Made by a program: the position numbers and the translations under genes
Source: Armatimonadota bacterium
GTDB taxonomy: Bacteria > Armatimonadota > Hebobacteria > CAIYQO01
Length of the DNA stretch: 20,279 nucleotides
Direction: 5' to 3'
NCBI GenBank assembly: GCA_038248345.1
Contig: JBBRXO010000052.1
Location: 1 to 20,279 of the forward strand
Notes under the pieces: model-generated
The model's input: only the letters and a program-made list of their open reading frames with translations
What the model was told of the DNA's origin: nothing
Databases searched by the model: none
Shown here: positions 1-7,870 of the stretch, piece after piece
Position numbering within the stretch: the stretch's first letter is position 1
How the letters are laid out: every line of letters starts with the position of its first letter

Positions 1-212
1 CACGAAGAGAGAAGAAGGAAATTAAGAACCCCCGAAATTCTACCCACACCCTGAAGGAGGTGGCTAACAATCCGCCGTTGCCATCCTGGCTATGGCGGAC
101 GACCGGCGCGTAGCGCCACGCAGTCCCAGCATAATAATGGGTTTTGAAATTGCCACAAAGAACACAGAGAATTTTTTCTTCCCCTCTTCGTGCCTTCGTG
201 CCTTCGTGGTTA
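1..212. repeat. Inverted-repeat element with CTTCGTG tandem units, left arm truncated by the window start
   Basis: 1-23 CACGAAGAGAGAAGAAGGAAATT is an imperfect reverse complement of 170-192 AATTTTTTCTTCCCCTCTTCGTG. The right arm continues as CTTCGTGCCTTCGTGCCTTCGTGGTTAA (8-bp period). Internal palindromes lie at about 43-68 and 71-98. Confidence 0.6.
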
Positions 213-217
213 ATCCC

Positions 218-294
218 GTAACATATCCGTAACATTTTGTAACATACAGGCAATCTCCGGTAATTCAACAGACACAGTGAGAAATTATTATGAT
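218..294 (+). promoter_or_regulatory. Helically phased GTAAC direct repeats plus a -10 element upstream of amt
   Basis: GTAACAT at 218, 229 and 239, GCAAT at 250, GTAAT at 260 (spacing 11, 10, 11, 10). TATGAT at 289-294 with no good -35. Confidence 0.6.
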
Positions 295-331
295 ACATGG
301 TTACCTGGCTACAGGTTGGAGGGAGATGTAA

Positions 332-1570
332 ATGGATCAGATGCAAAAAGCTATTGAGCAGCTGACGCAGAGCGGCAATATTATGTTGCTGGTGTGGGGC
401 GCGGTGCTGGTGTTCTCCATGCACGCGGGGTTTGCCTTTTTGGAGGCGGGGTCGGTGCAGCGCAAGAACGTGGTGAATGCGCTTACCAAGATCGTCATGG
501 ATTGGTCGGTGAGTACCTTCGTTTACTTCATCATCGGCTTCCCCATTGCCTACGGGATTACATTTATCAAGCCGGTCTCCGAGGTGATGAATTATGATTT
601 CAACTTCGTCCACTTTTTTTTCCTGCTCACCTTTGCGGCGTGTATCCCGGCGATTATCTCCGGCGGCATTGCCGAGCGCGCCAAGTTCGGCCCGCAGATG
701 CTGGCGGGGGCTATCCTGGTGGGTCTGGTCTACCCCTGTTATGAATCGCTGATCTGGGGGCAATGGGCGGTGGATGGCACCGGTGCCGCCATCGGCCTGC
801 AGGCGTTTTTGCAGAATAATTTCGGCGCGCAGTTCCATGATTACGCTGGCTCGGTGGTGGTACACGCCATGGGTGGCTGGATCGCCCTGCCGGCAATTAT
901 GATCCTCGGCCCACGGCTGGGACGCTACCGTCATAATGGCCAGAGCGATCCCCCGCCCATCCACTCTATCCCGTATCTGGCGCTTGGTTCCTGGCTGCTC
1001 ATGGTGGGCTGGTTCGGCTTCAATGTGGCCAGCGCGGGGAAATTGAGCGCGATATCCGGCCTGGTGGCCATCAACTCGCTGATGGCAATGGTGGGCGGTG
1101 TCATCGCCGGATGCGTCTTCTCCAAGAACGACGCAGTGGCCATCTATAACGGCGCACTGGCCGGTCTCATCGCCGTCTGCAGTGGCAGCGATAAATATCA
1201 CCCGCTGGCGGCGGCAGTGGTGGGCGCTATTGCAGCGATTATCTTCGTCAAAGCCTTCTACTTCATCAACGAGAAGTGGCGGCTGGATGACGTGCTGGGG
1301 GTATGGCCACTCCACGGCCTGGGCGGAGCCTGGGGCGGTATCGCCGCCGGCATTTTCGCCATACCGGCATTCGGTGGCCTGGGCGGCGTCAGCTTCATGT
1401 CACAGCTAATCGGCACCACCCTCTGCGTGGTAATTGCACTGGTAGGCAGCTTCGTCGTATATTATGTATTAAATAAGGTGATGGGCATCCGGTTAAGCCC
1501 CACCGAAGAGATGACAGGCAGCGACCTGGTAGTACACAGCAGCAAGGCGTACCCGGAGGAGCTGTTCTAG
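332..1570 (+). CDS. amt: Ammonium transporter (Amt/Mep/Rh family)
   Basis: Highly hydrophobic multi-TM protein with GFAFLEAG, SGGIAER, DYAGSVVVH, GWFGFN, NGALAGL and LDDVLGVWPLHG, including both twin-His residues. RBS GGAGGGAG. Adjacent to a PII gene. Confidence 0.97.
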   Translation: MDQMQKAIEQLTQSGNIMLLVWGAVLVFSMHAGFAFLEAGSVQRKNVVNALTKIVMDWSVSTFVYFIIGFPIAYGITFIKPVSEVMNYDFNFVHFFFLLTFAACIPAIISGGIAERAKFGPQMLAGAILVGLVYPCYESLIWGQWAVDGTGAAIGLQAFLQNNFGAQFHDYAGSVVVHAMGGWIALPAIMILGPRLGRYRHNGQSDPPPIHSIPYLALGSWLLMVGWFGFNVASAGKLSAISGLVAINSLMAMVGGVIAGCVFSKNDAVAIYNGALAGLIAVCSGSDKYHPLAAAVVGAIAAIIFVKAFYFINEKWRLDDVLGVWPLHGLGGAWGGIAAGIFAIPAFGGLGGVSFMSQLIGTTLCVVIALVGSFVVYYVLNKVMGIRLSPTEEMTGSDLVVHSSKAYPEELF

Positions 1571-1571
1571 G

Positions 1572-1685
1572 GTTCAACGTTTAATGTTCAACGTTCAACG
1601 TGGGACGGGAACTTACGGCATGGAAAATTTATACGAACGACGTTGAACATTGAACGTTGAACATTGAACATAGAACGTTGAACGT
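1572..1685. repeat. Inverted heptamer tandem repeats: (GTTCAAC)x4 facing (RTTGAAC)x6
   Basis: 1572-1601 GTTCAAC GTTTAAT GTTCAAC GTTCAAC GT; 1640-1685 AC GTTGAAC ATTGAAC GTTGAAC ATTGAAC ATAGAAC GTTGAAC GT. Confidence 0.85.
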
Positions 1686-1702
1686 AAAATAAGGGGGAGA
1701 AT

Positions 1703-2041
1703 ATGGTCAGAATCGAAGCGATTATTCGTCGTGAAAAGTTTGAGGATGTGAAAGATGCGCTGCAGCGCATCGGCGTTATCGCCATGACAGTAGATGAAGT
1801 GTACGGCTGTGGTCACCAGGCGGGGCATGTGGAGCATTACCGCGGACTGGAATCCCACATCAACCTGTTGCCGAAGATCCGCATTACTACGGTGGTGCAT
1901 GAGGTGGATCCTGATACGGTGGTTGATGCCATCTGCGAGGCGGCTTTCACCGGTGCACACGGCGACGGCAAAATCTTCATCATGCCGTTGCTGGATGCCA
2001 TCCGCGTGCGTGACCGCGTGCGTGGGGTGGAAGCCGTCTAG
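1703..2041 (+). CDS. glnK: P-II family nitrogen regulator (GlnK/GlnB-like)
   Basis: 112 aa with IEAIIR, GxGxQxG..E.YRG, LPK, TG..GDGKIF and RVR. Directly downstream of amt. RBS GGGGGAG. Confidence 0.93.
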   Translation: MVRIEAIIRREKFEDVKDALQRIGVIAMTVDEVYGCGHQAGHVEHYRGLESHINLLPKIRITTVVHEVDPDTVVDAICEAAFTGAHGDGKIFIMPLLDAIRVRDRVRGVEAV

Positions 2042-2055
2042 CGTAAGAGGAATAC

Positions 2056-2107
2056 CTAACCCCCATCCCCTTCCCTCGCTGGGAAGGGGATGGGGGTTAG
2101 TCTCTTT
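2056..2107 (+). terminator. Perfect 20-bp hairpin after glnK (terminator and/or dispersed palindromic repeat)
   Basis: CTAACCCCCATCCCCTTCCC-TCGCT-GGGAAGGGGATGGGGGTTAG followed by TCTCTTT. Confidence 0.7.
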
Positions 2108-2211
2108 AGGGCAATATTCTGAACAACTTTATAGAAAAAAGCACGTTATGGGCTAATCGTAGCTCCGGTTTTCATGCGGGGGTAATGCGAAGAGGCTATC
2201 CTCCCCCGTTC

Positions 2212-2320
2212 TAATTCACAGGATAGAAGGATAAGAAGGATAAATAGAGCCGGGAAGTACTACCAGGCGAAGTAAATAACTATTGCTATTATCCTTTCCA
2301 TCTTTCTATCCTGTGAATTA
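2212..2320. repeat. Long imperfect inverted repeat with 9-bp periodic GGATA units
   Basis: Left arm TAATTCACAGGATAGAAGGATAAGAAGGATAAATAG; reverse complement of the right arm TAATTCACAGGATAGAAAGATGGAAAGGATAATAG. Confidence 0.8.
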
Positions 2321-2452
2321 AAGCACTGGGTCAGAATGTCATAACACAATTGCTTGCAGGATAGATAGTTATCTTGGGTTGTGAGTGGAACCCACGTTAG
2401 GTAGACCAAAGCAGAAGCAGTATAGCTTAATAAGAATTTAATGTTAAATAAT

Positions 2453-2480
2453 GGGGCGGCCATGCGTGGCCGTCCCTTTG
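2453..2480 (+). terminator. Terminator-like hairpin with no convincing CDS upstream
   Basis: GGGGCGGCCA-TGCG-TGGCCGTCCC followed by TTTG. Confidence 0.45.
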
Positions 2481-2560
2481 TCGTATGATGAAACCACAGA
2501 TTATCGGGTATAATACAAGTAAGTTTAGTGCGCCGGTAATCGGCGAATGAAGGTTGGAAC

Positions 2561-3325
2561 GTGGACGAAAATCAATTACGTGCGCTGTGGACAGCGGTGC
2601 GCGCTGGTGATTGTGGTGAGGATGAGTTTCTCAAGCAATTGCGTGACCTGCCTTTTGAGGAATTAGGGTTTGCGAAGTTGGATCATCACCGACTGATACG
2701 CACGGGATTCCCGGAGGTGATCTTCTCGCAGGGAAAAACGCCGGAGCAGGTGGCGATGATTTTTTCGCGCCTTTGCGCCCACAGCCCGGTAGTGATGGCA
2801 ACACGCATAAACGCCGAACAAGTGGCGGCAGTACAACTGGTGGTGCCGGATTGTGAATATCACGAATTGGCACGTTTATTGATATGGCATCGCGAACCAC
2901 GTGTCTGGAAGCACGAAGGCGACCCGCGTATTGCTATTGTGAGTGCGGGCACGGCGGATATGCCGGTGGCGGAGGAAGCGGCGATCACCGCCGAGACCGC
3001 TGGCTGGCCGGTGGATCGACTCTATGACGTGGGCGTCGCCGGGCTTCATCGCCTGCTGGCGAATAATGACCGGCTGCAACGTGCCGAGGTAGTGGTAGTA
3101 GTAGCAGGCATGGAAGGCGCGCTGGCCAGCGTGGTAGGCGGGCTGGTGAAGGCCCCGGTGGTCGCCGTGCCGACCAGTGTCGGCTATGGCGCGGCCTTCG
3201 GCGGACTGGCGGCATTGCTTTCGATGTTGAACAGTTGCGCCAGCGGAGTGACGGTGGTAAACATTGATAATGGCTACGGAGCAGGATACTATGCTGCCCT
3301 ACTTGCGGAAATGGCGAAAAAATAG
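2561..3325 (+). CDS. larB: Nickel-pincer nucleotide cofactor biosynthesis protein LarB (PurE-like fold)
   Basis: DHHR..RTGFPEVIF..GKT, SAGTAD, DVGVAGLHRL, AGMEGALASV, VPTSVGYG, NSCASG and VVNIDNG. GTG start. Confidence 0.93.
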   Translation: MDENQLRALWTAVRAGDCGEDEFLKQLRDLPFEELGFAKLDHHRLIRTGFPEVIFSQGKTPEQVAMIFSRLCAHSPVVMATRINAEQVAAVQLVVPDCEYHELARLLIWHREPRVWKHEGDPRIAIVSAGTADMPVAEEAAITAETAGWPVDRLYDVGVAGLHRLLANNDRLQRAEVVVVVAGMEGALASVVGGLVKAPVVAVPTSVGYGAAFGGLAALLSMLNSCASGVTVVNIDNGYGAGYYAALLAEMAKK

Positions 3326-3404
3326 CATAATATAGTTATGTCGGTATATTACGGATAATTATCGCATACAATGCATTGATCTCTCAAAAAAGAGAGGGGG
3401 TTAG

Positions 3405-4514
3405 ATGAGTAGCACAAAAAAGAAATTTCAAATTGAGATACCGGAATGGTTTGAGGACATCGAAGATTTCAGCAAGAAGATGTTTACTCCCTTGTTCTAC
3501 ACGGGGATAATCCTCTTCGTCCTCTTGCTCATCGCTTCTGTCTACGGCTTCATCACATTGCCTGGCATTGGTTTTCTGCGCTTTCTCACCGTCACTTTCT
3601 TGAGTATCGGCTTCCTATTCGCAATCCTCGGCAACGTTAACCGACTCTATATGGGTTGGGTAGGGGTTGGCGGCGGCATTATGCTCACTATCATCATGTC
3701 TTTTGTGGTGAGCCTGATGACGGATCGTGCCGACATGGAAACACAACATGCCATGGTGGAGTCGATGCTGCCGGCGGTGCAGACAATTTCGTTTCTGGTA
3801 GTTTTCATCGCCGTCACCTATCTCGTTTATTACCTGTATGCCTTCTCTTCTTCCATCCTGTCGCACAAAAAAGAGAAAACGGCGCAATCGCTCCATTATA
3901 TTGATATCGATAAATTTCGCGTAAAGGAAGTAGAAGAGAAACCAAATTTTATACCCACCTGCTGGCAGACATCACGTTGCCGCAAAGGTGCGCGCAAAGC
4001 CTGTCCGAATTTCGTCGACCATAAATCCTGCTGGGATCGCTGTTCCGGTTGTTTCTGCGATAAACAGTTGGCGGCATATCTGGTCTATTGCACCAACAAA
4101 GCGGTGGCCGCTGTAACCCCGGCTATCTCGACCGTGGAACAGATGCGTGTCGGAATGCAGAACCTCCGCAAAAGCTGGGTCAAACAGAAAGTTATCTGCA
4201 TGGAGTGCCCGGTATTCGTCGAGCATCAACTAGTGAAATATGAACATTTCCAATGGGCAGGTTATCCGGTAGCGGTGATGCTGATGGGGATATTTTACCC
4301 CGTTTATAACGCCGGATATGAAGGCACAAGCTACTTAATAACCCAAGGCGTAAACGGAACCAGTATCATTAACGAAAGCGTGAAACAATCGTTGAGTGAG
4401 AACTCCACTATGGCATTAGCTATCGAATGGACGATCTTTCTTGCCGTAACCGCCATCCTCGGCAGCCTGCTGGCCTCTTTCACCCACACCGTCATCATGA
4501 AGTGGAAGATGTAA
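3405..4514 (+). CDS. Hypothetical multi-pass membrane protein with a Cys-rich (two-CW-like) soluble domain
   Basis: About 4 N-terminal and 2 C-terminal hydrophobic helices flank CWQTSRCRKGARKACPNFVDHKSCWDRCSGCFCD and CMECPVFVEHQ. RBS GAGAGGGG. Confidence 0.8.
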   Translation: MSSTKKKFQIEIPEWFEDIEDFSKKMFTPLFYTGIILFVLLLIASVYGFITLPGIGFLRFLTVTFLSIGFLFAILGNVNRLYMGWVGVGGGIMLTIIMSFVVSLMTDRADMETQHAMVESMLPAVQTISFLVVFIAVTYLVYYLYAFSSSILSHKKEKTAQSLHYIDIDKFRVKEVEEKPNFIPTCWQTSRCRKGARKACPNFVDHKSCWDRCSGCFCDKQLAAYLVYCTNKAVAAVTPAISTVEQMRVGMQNLRKSWVKQKVICMECPVFVEHQLVKYEHFQWAGYPVAVMLMGIFYPVYNAGYEGTSYLITQGVNGTSIINESVKQSLSENSTMALAIEWTIFLAVTAILGSLLASFTHTVIMKWKM

Positions 4515-4524
4515 CGTCTGGATC

Positions 4525-4563
4525 ACCATTCACGGACGCATAAAATATGCGCCCGTGAATGGT
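4525..4563. terminator. Hairpin between convergent genes (probable bidirectional terminator)
   Basis: ACCATTCACGGACGCATA-AAA-TATGCGCCCGTGAATGGT, an 18-bp stem with one mismatch. Confidence 0.65.
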
Positions 4564-4578
4564 ATTTGCGCTGGTAGT

Positions 4579-5733
4579 CTACTCTGCCCGTTCCTTGGCG
4601 TGTTGCTCGCTAATCCCACTGGCACGGTATGCCTGGAAGGGGTCTGCCGGGAGGCCGTCTTCTTCTCGCATGGCGGCGAGGATGGGGCGAACATCTGTCT
4701 CGAAGGCCTCATGGATGATGCGGTGGGCGCCCATAACATCGCAACGCTGTTGCGCTACCGTGAGGGCGGAGTGATCCACGCAGAGCGCTTTGGCGTAGGC
4801 GGTCTGCACGTTCATCACCGAGAGAATCATCGCTTCCACTTTGTCCTCGATATTATGGCTCTGGTCAAGCATGTAGTCCACTTTTGCCGCTCGTCCGTCT
4901 TGTCCGCCGTTGATCAGTTCATGGAAGATGCTGAAGAGCTCAAACGGATGGCTGCTCCCCACGATGAGATCATCATCGGCGTATTTGCGACAGTTAAAAT
5001 GGAACCCACCCAGGCGATCCATGCTGAGCAGCCAGGCGACGATATATTCAATATTGGTTCCCTGGGCGTGATGTCCGAGGTCTACCAGTACCTTTGCCTG
5101 CGGCCCCAACTCCTGTGCGGTGGTGAGAGATGCCCCCCAATCGGCCAGGTCGGTATGGTAGAACGCGGGCTCGAAACCCTTGTATTCGATGAGCAGGTTC
5201 ATTCCGGCTGGCATAGTTGCGTATGCTTCCCGCAGGCTATCCAGCAGGCGCATCCGGCGGGAGCGGATATCATCTTGCCCCGGATAGTTCGTTCCATCCG
5301 CCAACCACAGGCTAACTGTACTTACTCCCAGGGTCTGCGCGATCTCTATGCAATCCTTGATATGGGCTACTGCGCGGGCACGTACCGCCGAACAGGGGTT
5401 GCAGACACTGCCCAGACGATATTCATCATCCTGGAAAAGGTTGGGGTTGATGGTGCCCAGGCGGATGCCTTCCGACTTGGCAAACGCGCTCATTTCCTTC
5501 CAATCATCGGTGGTATCCCACGGGATATGCAACGCGACCGACGGGCAGGCACCGGTGAGGCGATTCACCAACGCAGCGTCGGCGATCTTCTGCTGGATGG
5601 TATGCGCCGCTGCGGGGTGCTGAAAAACTTTGAAGCGCGTGCCACTGTTGCCATAACCCCACGATGGTGTTTCAATAGGCAGAGCGCGCACCGCTTCCGC
5701 GATGGAATGTTGAGTTTTTTTATCGACTGGCAT
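4579..5733 (-). CDS. rhaI: L-rhamnose isomerase (RhaI-type, xylose isomerase-like TIM barrel)
   Basis: IETPSWGYGNSGTRF, VALHIPWD, INPNLFQD, WLADGTNYPGQ, EYK.FEP.FY.TD, DLGHH, FHFN.RKYADDDL and DQSHN. RBS AGGAG. Confidence 0.92.
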   Translation of the reverse strand: MPVDKKTQHSIAEAVRALPIETPSWGYGNSGTRFKVFQHPAAAHTIQQKIADAALVNRLTGACPSVALHIPWDTTDDWKEMSAFAKSEGIRLGTINPNLFQDDEYRLGSVCNPCSAVRARAVAHIKDCIEIAQTLGVSTVSLWLADGTNYPGQDDIRSRRMRLLDSLREAYATMPAGMNLLIEYKGFEPAFYHTDLADWGASLTTAQELGPQAKVLVDLGHHAQGTNIEYIVAWLLSMDRLGGFHFNCRKYADDDLIVGSSHPFELFSIFHELINGGQDGRAAKVDYMLDQSHNIEDKVEAMILSVMNVQTAYAKALCVDHSALTVAQQRCDVMGAHRIIHEAFETDVRPILAAMREEDGLPADPFQAYRASGISEQHAKERAE

Positions 5734-5754
5734 GAGTTACTCCTATAATCCAGG

Positions 5755-6513
5755 TTAGCATTGACCGCTGATGATTTTCTCGCGGTATTTCTCGTCCGGG
5801 CGGGTGTATATTCGGTCTACTTGCGCGGCAGTGAGCGTATTCACGCCGCCACATGCCATAGCGCCGATGATGATCTGCGCGGTCTTTGCCCACATTAACG
5901 TGCAGCTCATCACCTGTTGCTGGGTACTCCCGATGGCGAAAAGACCGTGATTTTGCAGCATGATCGCCTTAGGCATACAATTATATTTTTCAATCCACGC
6001 GTTAACACGCTCGCGTACCAGGCGTGCCAGCGGCAAGCCGGGGTCAGTATATGGCACAAACACCGGAGCGGGGCCGCAGCACACGATCTGATCAGGGCAA
6101 TAGGACGCGGTAACAATCTCCTCGGCCTTCTGCGCACAGAGCAGCGCGTTGACCATCGTCGGGTGGGTGTGCCCTACAAAGGCGACGCCGGGCAAGCCCA
6201 ACAGGAAAGCGTGCATCATCGCTTCGATAGATGGCCGCGCCCCGGAAGTCGATGTACAACAACTTTGCATCGCCGCTTGGATTTCGGCATCGGTGGTGAG
6301 TTCTTCATCGAGCAACGCCACGGTAGCCGCACGATCCAACGCCACAAAACCACGCTCATCAATGGTGCTTAACATCGCCCCGCTGGCCTTCACCCAGAAG
6401 CGACCATCCGCGGCGAGCGCCGAAGTATTCCCTTCACCAAATATTGCTAACTGGTGCTCAGTCTTGCCCAATTCGCGGGAGAGACTAATCAATTCTGTTA
6501 ATGATGTATCCAT
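5755..6513 (-). CDS. Class II aldolase/adducin family protein, probable rhamnulose-1-phosphate aldolase-like
   Basis: GEGNTS, VKASG, RPSIEAMMH, GHTHP, YTDPG and LQNHG (Zn-binding His residues). ATG at 6513 follows GAGAGG and is preferred over the GTG at 6525. Directly upstream of rhaI. Confidence 0.85.
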   Translation of the reverse strand: MDTSLTELISLSRELGKTEHQLAIFGEGNTSALAADGRFWVKASGAMLSTIDERGFVALDRAATVALLDEELTTDAEIQAAMQSCCTSTSGARPSIEAMMHAFLLGLPGVAFVGHTHPTMVNALLCAQKAEEIVTASYCPDQIVCCGPAPVFVPYTDPGLPLARLVRERVNAWIEKYNCMPKAIMLQNHGLFAIGSTQQQVMSCTLMWAKTAQIIIGAMACGGVNTLTAAQVDRIYTRPDEKYREKIISGQC

Positions 6514-6750
6514 GCTACCTCTCACTTGTTTCTGTCTTTTTATAATCTTTTCGCCACAGTACTGCTACTCCCTTTTTTAGGGGAGAAAACCCGGTACAAA
6601 AAAACGAATGGTGATGCCACACCGAAATTGATAATCTGCTAGCTACTATATTCCACATTTGAACCAATTTTCTCTGCAGGGAATCCACTATCTCTGGCGA
6701 AATATTATTTATCGTCTTTTAGCTGGCTGCACATTGGAGAAAAGTTAATT

Positions 6751-7857
6751 ATGCGTTCGGGGATTGTTTGTTCGGGAGTTTCCTGTCTGGATCTATTTTT
6801 ATATGGTACTTCACCATTGCCCACCCGTGAGAGTTTGTCGATGGTACGCAATACGCAGTATCGGCCCGGCGGCGCCACCAGCAACACCGGGCGCGCGCTA
6901 GCGTGCCTGGGAATGCCGGTATCCTACCTGACCGTGCTGGGTAACGATGCTAATGGCGATATCATGGAGAGCATGTGGCGCGCTGACGGTATCGACACCA
7001 GCTTCGTTGTCCGCGTAGATTCCGTAGGCACAGCTTTAAGTACGATACCGGTCTATGGAGACGGCAAACGGGGGGTTTATTTCTGCCCGGGTACTAACGA
7101 CATCATGAACGCCGACAACCTCTTCGGGCCTGACCGGCAGTACCTGGAGATGCTGGAAGAGTGTCAAGCGTTCCACATCGGATATCCACCGCTGCTGCGC
7201 CAACTGCAAGGGGAGAACTTGGCGGAGTTGCTGCGCCTTGTTCGCGCCACCGGCGTATTTGTCTCGCTGGACACCACGCCGGTAACCACCGACAGCGAGT
7301 TGATGGCGATGTTGGGACCAGCGCTGCCGCTGGCGCATATGTTCACCCCCAATGTGATGGAGGCAGCCCAGGCCGCCGGACGTTTTGATGCGCTCAACGC
7401 ACGGGCAAATGGGGCGGATCTGGAGAGTTTCATCACTGCTGAAGAATTAATAGAGATCGGCGATATTCTGCTGGCCACCGGCCTGCCTATTGTGGTAATC
7501 ACTCTCGGCTCCAACGGCGTCTACATCCGCACTGCCGATGAAGCGACCATGCGCGCCGTCCCCTGTGCCCCGGCAACGGTGAGCGGTTGGGCAAACCAAC
7601 AGCTCTTCATTCCCTCCTTCCTGGTGGATGGGCCGGTGAACACCACCGGCGCAGGCGATTCTTTCACCGCGGGTATCCTCACCGGCATCTGTAAAGGCAT
7701 CGAATCAATGGCCGAGATCGCCCGCCTGGCACATTGCGCCGCCGCCCTGCACGTAGACCTTAGCCGCGGCGTCCACGGCTTCGAGGAAGTACGCGCCGCC
7801 CTGCCGACGATGGTGGTTAATTTGCCGCAAAACCTAGCGTTGCATGCGCTGATTTAG
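6751..7857 (+). CDS. PfkB/ribokinase family carbohydrate kinase
   Basis: PGGATSNTG, LGND..G, PN..EA, ITLGSNG and the NTTGAGDSFTAG anion-hole motif. Confidence 0.9.
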   Translation: MRSGIVCSGVSCLDLFLYGTSPLPTRESLSMVRNTQYRPGGATSNTGRALACLGMPVSYLTVLGNDANGDIMESMWRADGIDTSFVVRVDSVGTALSTIPVYGDGKRGVYFCPGTNDIMNADNLFGPDRQYLEMLEECQAFHIGYPPLLRQLQGENLAELLRLVRATGVFVSLDTTPVTTDSELMAMLGPALPLAHMFTPNVMEAAQAAGRFDALNARANGADLESFITAEELIEIGDILLATGLPIVVITLGSNGVYIRTADEATMRAVPCAPATVSGWANQQLFIPSFLVDGPVNTTGAGDSFTAGILTGICKGIESMAEIARLAHCAAALHVDLSRGVHGFEEVRAALPTMVVNLPQNLALHALI

Positions 7858-7870
7858 ATTATAGATCGTC

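Noticed and set aside
1572..1685. Possible CRISPR array
   Set aside because: The units are 7 bp and contiguous, with no unique spacers and no cas genes.
2130..2210. Riboswitch or known ncRNA around CGGGGG...CCCCCG
   Set aside because: There is only a short stem and no aptamer consensus that I recognise.
2260..2463. 67-aa minus-strand ORF in the glnK-larB gap
   Set aside because: It has no clear RBS or motif, starts inside a hairpin and runs through an inverted-repeat arm.
2561..3325. Stand-alone larB as evidence of a novel pathway
   Set aside because: larB, larC and larE are often dispersed, so absence of the partners from this window is uninformative.
4555..5748. 397-aa plus-strand ORF
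   Set aside because: It is the antisense shadow of the well-supported rhamnose isomerase and has no recognisable motifs.
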